A stretch of 64,000 nucleotides of DNA from contig CAYHDV010000001.1 of assembly GCA_964355515.1 (NCBI GenBank), forward strand, positions 26,544-90,543, given 5' to 3'. Source of the DNA: an uncultured Candidatus Saccharibacteria bacterium (lineage in GTDB: Bacteria > Patescibacteriota > Minisyncoccia > Phycocordibacterales > CSBR16-119). The stretch's first letter is position 1. The number at the start of each line of letters is the position of its first letter. Made by a program: the position numbers and the translations under genes. This document shows, one piece after another, positions 55,924 through 64,000 of the stretch. The notes below the pieces were generated by a model, which worked only from the letters and a program-made list of their open reading frames with translations, was not told the DNA's origin and ran no database searches.

Positions 55924-56205
55924 ATTACCAATGCTGGAGCTGTGAGATTCTTTGATGCAAGACTCATGATTCTCAGTATATGAGGATTAGGAATTATGCC
56001 CTGAGATCCACCCCTTGATATCTCCGGTGAGGTCAAATCTTCTGACGCAATTTTCATTATTCTTTCTATAACAGGATTTCCCATGTCTTTGTGCTTTTTA
56101 TTCAAAATATCATAAACAATGCTTTTTGTAAATTTCAAAAAATCCAAATAATCTCAAGCTTAACTCTTTTTGGAGTCTCTTCCATTCTGCGGTATAATAC
56201 TCCTT

Positions 56206-57126
56206 ATGTACGACATAATAATCATAGGTGGAGGGCCTGCTGCCTCAGCTGGAGCCGTGTACGCCGCACGAAAACAACTAAAGACGCTTCTTATCGCAAA
56301 AGAGTTCGGAGGACAATCAATGGTCTCTGAAAAAATATTTAACTGGATAGGGACACCAGAGATCTCTGGTTCTGATTTAGCAAAGAGCTTCCAAAATCAT
56401 GTGGAATATTACAAAGGAGAATATTTGGATATTAAAACTGGTGAGTTGGTAGAAAAAATAGAAAAAATGGGAGATGAATTTTCTGTAACAACAGATAAGA
56501 GTTCTGTATACACGGCAAAATCAGTTTTAATAGCCACAGGCTCAGGGCGGAGAAAGCTCACAGTCCCAGGTGCAGAAAAGTATGACAACAAAGGAATAGT
56601 GTACTGCGCCACTTGTGATGGCCCATTGTTCGGAGGACAAGATGTGGTGGTTATCGGCGGAGGAAACGCTGGGTTTGAAACAGCCGCACAGCTACTTGCC
56701 TATGCAAAGTCAGTGACCCTACTACAACGAGGAGACCAATATAAAGCAGACCCCGTAACAATAGAAAAAGTTCTCGCTCACCCAAACATGACAGGTATTC
56801 TAAACGCAACCATCACAGAAGTCTTCGGAGAATCCTTTGTCAAAGGAATCAAATATACAGACAAAGATGGTGAGGAAAAGACGCTTGCCGTATCAGGAGT
56901 ATTCGCAGAAATAGGTCAAATCCCAAATACTTCTTTTGCAGAGACACTGGTAAAGCTAGATGACTACAAACGAGTAGAAATTGACCCATGGACTCAAGCC
57001 ACATCTACCCCAGGGATCTGGGCTGCGGGAGACTGCGCAAACATCCGGTACCACCAAAACAACATCGCCGCAGGAGACGCTGTAAAAGCCATTGAAGATA
57101 TCTATATGTGGCTACACAAGAAATAA
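56206..57126 (+). CDS. trxB: Thioredoxin reductase
   Basis: GGGPA, CATCDG, GGGNAG and AAGD motifs; start at ATG 56206. Confidence 0.92.
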   Translation: MYDIIIIGGGPAASAGAVYAARKQLKTLLIAKEFGGQSMVSEKIFNWIGTPEISGSDLAKSFQNHVEYYKGEYLDIKTGELVEKIEKMGDEFSVTTDKSSVYTAKSVLIATGSGRRKLTVPGAEKYDNKGIVYCATCDGPLFGGQDVVVIGGGNAGFETAAQLLAYAKSVTLLQRGDQYKADPVTIEKVLAHPNMTGILNATITEVFGESFVKGIKYTDKDGEEKTLAVSGVFAEIGQIPNTSFAETLVKLDDYKRVEIDPWTQATSTPGIWAAGDCANIRYHQNNIAAGDAVKAIEDIYMWLHKK

Positions 57127-57180
57127 ATAAGAGACAAAAAATCGACCCAAACAGGGTCGATTTTCATCTTAAATCTAATC

Positions 57181-57495
57181 TTAATTAATCAAACCAAGCT
57201 GATTCTTAACAGATTGATTAAAGCGATCCCACTGTGCTTTCACTTGTCTTTGGTAAGATTCTTGTTCAGAATTGATCATTCTCTTTTTCATACCTTCTGG
57301 TAGTGAGCCACTCTGGTAGACAGCAAGCATTTTATCGTGTCCTTCTTTAAAGGTTTTCAATGCTCGCAAGTGTGGGTCCTTAAGAATTTCAATATTCCTG
57401 AGAATAGCTTGATTTACTTGCTTATTTAGTTGATTTTTGTACTGAGCTAATTGCTCATTTAAATGTTTCTGTAATAATTTCAACTCTTCGTCCAT
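57181..57495 (-). CDS. Helical hypothetical protein
   Basis: 104-aa Q/K/L-rich ORF followed by a terminator. Confidence 0.55.
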   Translation of the reverse strand: MDEELKLLQKHLNEQLAQYKNQLNKQVNQAILRNIEILKDPHLRALKTFKEGHDKMLAVYQSGSLPEGMKKRMINSEQESYQRQVKAQWDRFNQSVKNQLGLIN

Positions 57496-57605
57496 GATGT
57501 TTATAAATTATTTTTTATAAATATTAACACTTTTTTTAAAATATGTCCAGTATTATACATAAAGATAAAAGTGTATTTTTTTGTTTTCGCGTTATAATAA
57601 ATCTA

Positions 57606-58232
57606 ATGAAAAAATATCAAAAAATACTTTTTTACTCTTTCTTAGTTTTTTTAATAATATTTTTTGCTTTTATCACCTATTTCAACCGCGCACCAGAGAG
57701 AATTACCCCAGAAGGAAATGTGGTAGTCTCGCCTGCTACTGGGGATGTGATTCATATTGAAGTTGCTGACTCAAGCGAAATTTCTTTTCTCAAGAAAGGA
57801 ATTGTAAATACTTTAACTGTTCAAGGAGTAGAACCTCCATATAATATCGTTGTGATAGAAATGGATCCAACAGATGTCCATGTACAAAGAGCACCTATCG
57901 CAGGAGAGATTACTTATCAGGAGCATGTTGATGGGAAACACCAAAATGCACTCTGGTCAAAAAACGTTACAGAGCTCGCAAACGAAAATGAGAAAAATCT
58001 TGTGGTCATAAAAAACGAAGAAATATCTATCGGAGTGATCCAAGTAGCAGGAATTATGGCGCGCCGAATTGTGAGCTTCATCTCCCCTCCTGACAAAGTA
58101 GAAAAAGGAGAAATATACGGTAAGATAAATCTAGGCTCTCAAGTGGTTTTGGTTCTACCTGCTTATTTACCCCTTGAAGTCTCTGTTGGACAAACTCTTA
58201 CAGATGGAGAAAGCATTATTAGCCGGTATTAG
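57606..58232 (+). CDS. psd: Phosphatidylserine decarboxylase proenzyme
   Basis: SPA.G.V, DVHVQRAP..G, NE.N, QVAG..ARRI and LGS cleavage motif. Confidence 0.88.
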   Translation: MKKYQKILFYSFLVFLIIFFAFITYFNRAPERITPEGNVVVSPATGDVIHIEVADSSEISFLKKGIVNTLTVQGVEPPYNIVVIEMDPTDVHVQRAPIAGEITYQEHVDGKHQNALWSKNVTELANENEKNLVVIKNEEISIGVIQVAGIMARRIVSFISPPDKVEKGEIYGKINLGSQVVLVLPAYLPLEVSVGQTLTDGESIISRY

Positions 58233-58314
58233 AAAACTCTCCACAAACTAAAGAAAAACCGACCCAGCGTGGGTCGGTTTTCAGGGTCGAATAGATATTC
58301 AACTCTTCTCATGA

Positions 58315-58482
58315 TTATTTATGAAGATCTTTTGTCAGATCTGGTTCTTCTTTTGGAAAAACCTTGTCGGTCTTTGAATTCTTCCCAACCTCAAGTGGTT
58401 TAATGATCACCTCTGGCTCCCTGAAGCAAGACACAATGAAGATCATAATAAGGGTAACGGGTACTAAGAAGAGCTTTTTCAT
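58315..58482 (-). CDS. 55-aa putative lipoprotein (not in the ORF track)
   Basis: MKKLFLVPVTLIMIFIVS|C...; consensus promoter TTGACA(58530-58535)-16-TATAAT(58508-58513). Confidence 0.55.
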   Translation of the reverse strand: MKKLFLVPVTLIMIFIVSCFREPEVIIKPLEVGKNSKTDKVFPKEEPDLTKDLHK

Positions 58483-58570
58483 TAGATCTGAATTTTATGT
58501 TTAGCATATTATAGCATATATAATATTTATGTCAATCAATCTCTACATAAAAATAGCTGAAGGCCGTCTA

Positions 58571-58606
58571 CTTAAAAAGAGCCTTTATATAAAGGCTCTT
58601 TTTAAG
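58571..58606. repeat. Perfect 36-bp palindrome, probably a terminator
   Basis: CTTAAAAAGAGCCTTTAT|ATAAAGGCTCTTTTTAAG. Confidence 0.8.
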
Positions 58607-58656
58607 ATTAACTGAGATGGTTATAACCCCAAATAAGAATATCTTATCTCAGAATA

Positions 58657-59661
58657 TTAATTCATCTTTGAATATGGAGGATAGATTTCTTTGTCTATTG
58701 TTCTTTCAAAGCAAGTCTCCCCCACTTCATGATTCCAAGAATCACCACCAGAAACACCAGGATAAGGCATAGAAGAATCCACCATGTCTCCAACGATCAT
58801 AGGCCTCACACCTCCTCCACCATATTCTACCCAGCCTTCTTGAGATACATCAGAGAAAGTTGCACACAACTCAAATGTTATATCTGCTTTCTTTTTGTAA
58901 GTATAAGCTCGTCCTTTTTCAAACTCTGGATCAACAGGTATTGTGTATCCAGAAAGAGGGTTCACCAGATCAGACAATTGCTCTGGAAGTTTTTCTTTTT
59001 GTTGCCAATAAGAGATCACTTGCCATTGAATAGTCTGCAAGTCTTCCACCCGTCTTTGATCAAGCCTCCATTCTCTCTGGTCTTTTGGTGAACCAATAAT
59101 AGTAAAGCTAAGCACCACCGCCACAAGCACTAGTAACGGACCAGCAATCATACTTGATTTGATAATTAAATTTTTCCACTTTTTGAAAGCTCCAAGCTCT
59201 ACCAGATAGTATGCTCCGATTATTTTTGCGGTAGCAAGTACGAGCAAGACTTTCAATATAAATCGTGTAGTAATTTCTCCTGATACAAAGTAATTCACAA
59301 GAGTCACCAAGTCCACAATCAAAATCACACCCACCAGAAAGACTATTAGGTACAACATCCACTTTTTAATTATTTCATCCACTCTACCCTGCTTGATATC
59401 CACCGCCTTTTTCCAAAAATAAGAAACTGCCAAAAATACGGGGAGGACGATTATCAAAGTTGCGATAGAAGTCCTGATTGATTCATAATCCCAAGATGAA
59501 TATCCGTATTGATATACAGCATTCAAAGCATCTGGGAACTTTTTATTTAACGCTTCAAATACTAAGTTCAAAAAAGCTACTACTGTGGCTATAAGCGTAA
59601 CCAAAACTCCTAACGAAAGGAAAAAGAATTTTGGTGTCATTTTTTCTGATGTGTGTTCCAT
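58657..59661 (-). CDS. DUF5671-like multi-TM protein
   Basis: PK.FFL.LG, A.LII..P, GEITTRF.LK, GSP...R...D..RV.DL and ELCA.F motifs. Confidence 0.75.
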   Translation of the reverse strand: MEHTSEKMTPKFFFLSLGVLVTLIATVVAFLNLVFEALNKKFPDALNAVYQYGYSSWDYESIRTSIATLIIVLPVFLAVSYFWKKAVDIKQGRVDEIIKKWMLYLIVFLVGVILIVDLVTLVNYFVSGEITTRFILKVLLVLATAKIIGAYYLVELGAFKKWKNLIIKSSMIAGPLLVLVAVVLSFTIIGSPKDQREWRLDQRRVEDLQTIQWQVISYWQQKEKLPEQLSDLVNPLSGYTIPVDPEFEKGRAYTYKKKADITFELCATFSDVSQEGWVEYGGGGVRPMIVGDMVDSSMPYPGVSGGDSWNHEVGETCFERTIDKEIYPPYSKMN

Positions 59662-59734
59662 GATTATGTTGTTTATTTATAATATCCTCATTATACTCCA
59701 AAAAGCAGGAAAAGGTTGTTTCCTGCTGGCTCAT

Positions 59735-62700
59735 TTATACTAATACTACTGGATGTGCTCCACTCTTATTATAAATTGGATAACCATTAAAATTAGTTTC
59801 TTTTGTATTTTTTAATGAAATAGCATTTTCTCTCTTAAAAGATTTTTGATAATACTCGACAACATAACCCCTATTAGATGCAGAACCCGAATTATATGCA
59901 ACTCCAATTTTCTTAATCCCCCTAATTTCTCCAACTTTTTTAACTTCTCCTATTATTTTCTCAATAAGTTCATTAGGATCAACTATCTGGGAAAGATTTT
60001 GTGAGGGATTATTTGCTCTTATAACGAGTATTGGTTCGTTCCTATCTGTTTTTGTTTCAACAACCAAGAATGATCCTGTAAATTTTGCTTGAGAAGTATT
60101 TTTATCTATTACCAAAGAATACGAGATGATATTTTCATATTCACCCTTTGCTAATTCTAGATTTCTTCTACTAGTACAAGCACCTCCAAGATCTCCAGAA
60201 AATATTCTTTGCATCCCCTTTGACGGTATGAGGGTTATTTCTTTTTTCTTTTGGCTAAGCTCCCCTCTTTCAAGGATTTCTAATTTCTTCTCTGTATTAG
60301 CAAGAATTCCTTTTTCAAAATCTTGTGTTCCCCATATTTTTTTTAAATACTTAATTGTATTTTTATCACTTATAGCGGCAGCATCAGTTTCTCCATGTTT
60401 TTTATCCAAATAATGTTCGGCAACATGAGAACGTATAAACTCACTTAGGATACTAACACTATCCGCTGACGGTTTGGATGTAAACATGTCTTTATTATTT
60501 AATTTTTCCATTTGACTCGGAAATTTTTTTGCCATGTCCATCAAAGATAGGCTCATCAATAGCTCTTGTTTTGATTTAAAATCATCGGGAACAACCGAAT
60601 TGTAAGCTTCCATGATTTCTGGTATTGTTTTTTGTTTTATATTTACTGAAGTTAGATCAGCTAATGATTTTTCAAGTAAACTTTTTTTCTTATTCAAACC
60701 AATAACTAATTTCTCATTTTTCTGCTCTTTCTGTTCTTCTATTTCCATGTTTTGCATGGTAAGTGCAAGCTGATCATTTATTTCTAAGATGACTTCTTGG
60801 TTATAAAAACTCAATTTTTCGTCCAAAGAAATGTTTTTGTTTTCATCTAGTGACTTTATTGCTTGAAAAATTTTTTCATGAAAATTAACGAGGTCAGGGT
60901 TATTAAAAAGATCTGAAAGATGTTTATCAATATCAATACTTTCTCGGTTTTCTGTACCATATTCCCCTACAGATATATTTGTTTCTTTATAACCTTCTGG
61001 AATTTGAAATAATTCTGGACTACTTTCATATTTTTTCCTATATGTATTCAATGTTTCTTCCATTGTCCCTCCTTGTGAATGACCAGAATCTCCTTTTATT
61101 GAGGTCAAAAATTCTTTTCCAAAATCTGAACTAAGGACTTTATTAATAACTAAAATATCCTCATTTACTAAACCTTGAGTAATAGTCTGTCTGTATCTTT
61201 CAATTTCATTTAGTAAAAGATTTATGTTGGTTGGGTCTTTCTCGCATAATTTATCAACGTCTATGTCAAAATTGCTCTTAATTTTACTTTTTAGATTTTC
61301 AGTCATATTTAAGACTGAATCATTTCGCTTAATTTCAGTAAAAAGTTTAAAATAATTTGGCAAATTCACAGGGCCAACTTTCTTTATATATTCGAAAAAT
61401 ATTTTACTATCTTCTATTTTATTACTATCTAAAATGCCTTGTTCTACCATTGATCTAGCAAGAGGATTAATGTCTGTGTGCCATTTATCATACTCTTGTC
61501 TACGTGAATGTTTATAGATTGATAATATTTTTTCAACACTCTTAGCCCATGCGGAATTCTCAAGTTTCTCTTTTACTTCCTCGGTATATTTTTCTGGTAT
61601 TTTATGTAAATCAACCATCAATAATGATAATTGAGATATGTTGAATCTATTTTTCTTTGTATTGTTCTCAATAAAAGATTCTATGCTAGGCAAAAATGCC
61701 TCGTCAGCTTTCTGCGAAAGTTTTACACCATCTTCGTTTTTCAAAAGACCATTTTCAGTAAATTTTCTTATTTGATCTTTTTCAAATTCGAGCAAGGTTT
61801 TATAATCTCCCCATGATACATGGTCATTAATTCTAGAAGAAAGCCTTCTAAAAACCTCTTCTTTTACTATCTCTTTAATTTCAGGAGAAGAAGAAAATAT
61901 CTTAGTCCCAACAAAGTTAAGATACTCTCCATCGTTAGCATCTTTAGTAATTAACTTTAAAATTGTATGTTTTTCTTCAAGAGAATACGGAAATTCCGCG
62001 TTCTCTAATACCTTTGACATTGGATGATATGGGATAGAAACTAAATTAACAAACATCTTCCTGTAAATGATGTCTTTTTCTGTTTCAGAGAAACCGGCCA
62101 GATCAACCAATTGCTGAAAACTTCCTAAGCTACGAGAGGCTTTGGAAGCTCTTTCCGGATATCGTTCCTGTGGGTCAGTCATTTCTAAAATCTTTTCCTT
62201 TAGAAAAAGAGTGCTATCTTTTTCTAAAGAAATATTATTTTCAGAAACAAATTGAACAAAAGCATCCACTCGATCAGGAAGATTTATGTAGTCCCAGCTG
62301 TGATTAAGGTTAATATCTTGTGATTCAGGCACCCTATCTATCTTTGAAAAGATATGGTGAGAGTTCGCGTCGGTGTGCATTTTTGATGACTTTTCAAAAT
62401 AAGCTTTTAGATATTTAATTTGTTCCTCATCTTTACAATCTATTATTTTATTCAAATTTGCAGCATATAATATATCCATGTCCGAATTCCTGCTCCGATA
62501 GTTATAGGAAAGAGTGAATACTTCCTCATATTTTCTATGTTGAATAAATTCGTTATAGTTTTTTGCTGCAGATATAGTATCTTTTGGTAACACCTTGTCT
62601 GCTATCCCCTCATAGTTCTTGAGAATTTTTGCTATTGAATAAATACTAGATTTACCACGACCTAACCCAACATGCCCAGCCAAAATATCTGCGTCATTTT

Positions 62701-63106
62701 GATTCTCTCGCCCGATATTTTCTATTAGTTTTTCTATCTTGGAATGGATTGGGCGTATTTTAAATTCAGCAATAATAGAGTTATGAAGATTTTGGAAGTT
62801 TTCTTCATAATAACTGATAATTTGCTCCTGCAATCCTAACTTCACTTTTTCCGCTTTTTTATATATATCTTTATCTACCCATGAAACTTTTTCCAAAATT
62901 GCCTTAATTTCTTCTTCGGTTGCAGATAAAAGTTTGAGTTTTTTTGTAATTTCATCTGTGTTGCTAATCGCGGTGTCGGCAATAATGTCAATTTGATCTT
63001 CAGTGATATCAAGAATATTATTTGTATTCTCCAATACCCCTATCTGCTCTATTTTTTCTTGGGCATCTTCTTCAACTGTCTTTTTTTCAAAATTATTTTT
63101 TTCCAT
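59735..63106 (-). CDS. Large (1123 aa) helical, very AT-rich hypothetical protein
   Basis: Long ORF with a possible globular C-terminal domain (SGDLGGAC...LVIRANNP). Confidence 0.75.
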   Translation of the reverse strand: MEKNNFEKKTVEEDAQEKIEQIGVLENTNNILDITEDQIDIIADTAISNTDEITKKLKLLSATEEEIKAILEKVSWVDKDIYKKAEKVKLGLQEQIISYYEENFQNLHNSIIAEFKIRPIHSKIEKLIENIGRENQNDADILAGHVGLGRGKSSIYSIAKILKNYEGIADKVLPKDTISAAKNYNEFIQHRKYEEVFTLSYNYRSRNSDMDILYAANLNKIIDCKDEEQIKYLKAYFEKSSKMHTDANSHHIFSKIDRVPESQDINLNHSWDYINLPDRVDAFVQFVSENNISLEKDSTLFLKEKILEMTDPQERYPERASKASRSLGSFQQLVDLAGFSETEKDIIYRKMFVNLVSIPYHPMSKVLENAEFPYSLEEKHTILKLITKDANDGEYLNFVGTKIFSSSPEIKEIVKEEVFRRLSSRINDHVSWGDYKTLLEFEKDQIRKFTENGLLKNEDGVKLSQKADEAFLPSIESFIENNTKKNRFNISQLSLLMVDLHKIPEKYTEEVKEKLENSAWAKSVEKILSIYKHSRRQEYDKWHTDINPLARSMVEQGILDSNKIEDSKIFFEYIKKVGPVNLPNYFKLFTEIKRNDSVLNMTENLKSKIKSNFDIDVDKLCEKDPTNINLLLNEIERYRQTITQGLVNEDILVINKVLSSDFGKEFLTSIKGDSGHSQGGTMEETLNTYRKKYESSPELFQIPEGYKETNISVGEYGTENRESIDIDKHLSDLFNNPDLVNFHEKIFQAIKSLDENKNISLDEKLSFYNQEVILEINDQLALTMQNMEIEEQKEQKNEKLVIGLNKKKSLLEKSLADLTSVNIKQKTIPEIMEAYNSVVPDDFKSKQELLMSLSLMDMAKKFPSQMEKLNNKDMFTSKPSADSVSILSEFIRSHVAEHYLDKKHGETDAAAISDKNTIKYLKKIWGTQDFEKGILANTEKKLEILERGELSQKKKEITLIPSKGMQRIFSGDLGGACTSRRNLELAKGEYENIISYSLVIDKNTSQAKFTGSFLVVETKTDRNEPILVIRANNPSQNLSQIVDPNELIEKIIGEVKKVGEIRGIKKIGVAYNSGSASNRGYVVEYYQKSFKRENAISLKNTKETNFNGYPIYNKSGAHPVVLV

Positions 63107-63266
63107 AAATATCTTTTTTTAATTGGACAATTTTTCTTTCTTCGAGATGATGTGTTGCTTCAAGTAAAATATCCTTTTTTTGTTGAGAAAGTTTTTGTAT
63201 TTCTTCCGTATAATTAGCAAGCGCTTTATGGACTATCTTTTTAATTTCAGAAATTTTATTTTTCAT
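63093..63266 (-). CDS. 57-aa coiled-coil protein overlapping the start of the 1123-aa gene
   Basis: MKNKISEIKKIVHKALANYTEEIQKLSQQKKDILLEATHHLEERKIVQLKKDIYGKK; 14-bp overlap. Confidence 0.55.
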   Translation of the reverse strand: MKNKISEIKKIVHKALANYTEEIQKLSQQKKDILLEATHHLEERKIVQLKKDIYGKK

Positions 63267-63267
63267 A

Positions 63268-63482
63268 TTATTTAATCAATTCCTCAATCAGAATTTAAAA
63301 TACGTGCGCTGATTTTTTAATATTCTTAAGTGGTATATTGCATACCCCTCTTTTCTATTCCGATAATGTATCTAACATGTATATCAAACAATTTCGCCAA
63401 ATCCTCATATTCCTTATCTTTTTTAAAGCCAAAATGATTCTGCTTTTTTACCGAACTTGATTGATATTGTAGATATATACAC
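63268..63482 (-). pseudogene. Degraded XRE/controller-type HTH gene
   Basis: Fragments ISIKFGKK, EDLAKLFDIHVRYIIGIEKRG and NIPLKNIKK...IEELIK are broken by stops and frameshifts. Confidence 0.6.
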
Positions 63483-63760
63483 AGCTAAGCTGTTACATAC
63501 AGAATAGCAAATATTGTAAGATATATCTACATGGATTCATAAGCCACAAGTGTATTTCTTTTTCAAGAAAAGTGGATACTGGTGTCAGGTACCATTATGT
63601 GTGGATTTTATTGTGTCACAAATCACTAAGTCTACTCACATACTTCGTGTGTTGCGTGGACTAAGTGTTCGTGACCTCAGTTCGAGGTTTTTCTTTGTAG
63701 TACAAAGAAAAACAACTCTGCGCTTTCACAAAACGCCGAAAGCAAAGCAGTTTGCTTTCT

Positions 63761-63800
63761 AAAAACAACAAAACGCCTATTTAGGCGTTTTGTTGTTTTT
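63761..63800. terminator. Terminator downstream of the tRNA
   Basis: AAAAACAACAAAACGCCTA-TT-TAGGCGTTTTGTTGTTTTT. Confidence 0.8.
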
Positions 63801-63808
63801 ACGTTTTG

Positions 63809-63880
63809 TGACCCTACAGAGAATCGAACTCTGATTACCACATTGAAAACGTGGTGTCCTAACCGTTAGACGATAGGGCC
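63809..63880 (-). tRNA. tRNA-Glu (anticodon TTC), CCA not encoded
   Basis: GGCCCTA acceptor stem, CCACG-TTTTCAA-TGTGG anticodon arm, GTTCGATTC T-loop. Confidence 0.95.
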
Positions 63881-64000
63881 ATGTGCTAAATATTAGAATA
63901 TTTAACAAAAAGTAGTATACCATTTTTGTAAAATGGCGCAACAAATTAAAAAAGCGCCCAGAGGCGCTTTTTTGTTATTCACAAGTAACTGAATTTTTAC

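Overview
AT-rich, gene-dense chromosomal segment using genetic code 11. It looks like a Patescibacteria/CPR (Parcubacteria-like) genome; this is an inference from gene content and repeat families. Most of it is housekeeping: aspS (partial), trpS, dnaB, recR, rsmE, truB, uppP, rplU, cysS, grpE-dnaK-dnaJ, the infA-rpmJ-rpsM-rpsK-rpsD-rpoA-rplQ-rplM-rpsI block, alaS, mnmA, mltG, rseP, frr, mreB, priA, rpsU, ybeY, ftsA-ftsZ, trxB, psd and tRNA-Glu. Many single orphan genes with their own promoter and terminator are interleaved. The main discovery is a compact diversity-generating-retroelement (DGR) module at about 11.0-12.1 kb. A lipoprotein gene ends in a 106-bp variable repeat (11525-11630) that differs from a template repeat (11052-11157) only at template adenines (14 of 14 mismatches). 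The template lies in a predicted stand-alone ~400-nt RNA unit with no reverse transcriptase or Avd gene in the window. It also carries an in-frame TAG that mutagenic homing could convert to a sense codon, a possible built-in ON/OFF switch. Other notable signals: an atypical short-Stem-I Asp T-box upstream of a HEPN gene and aspS; a 20/21-bp palindrome inserted after AGAGG inside other REP-like elements within truB and grpE; an unannotated ~185-nt structured RNA; a Bacteroidota-style secreted protein with a T9SS-CTD-like tail; and apparent widespread leaderless transcription. All protein calls are by eye from motifs; no searches were run.
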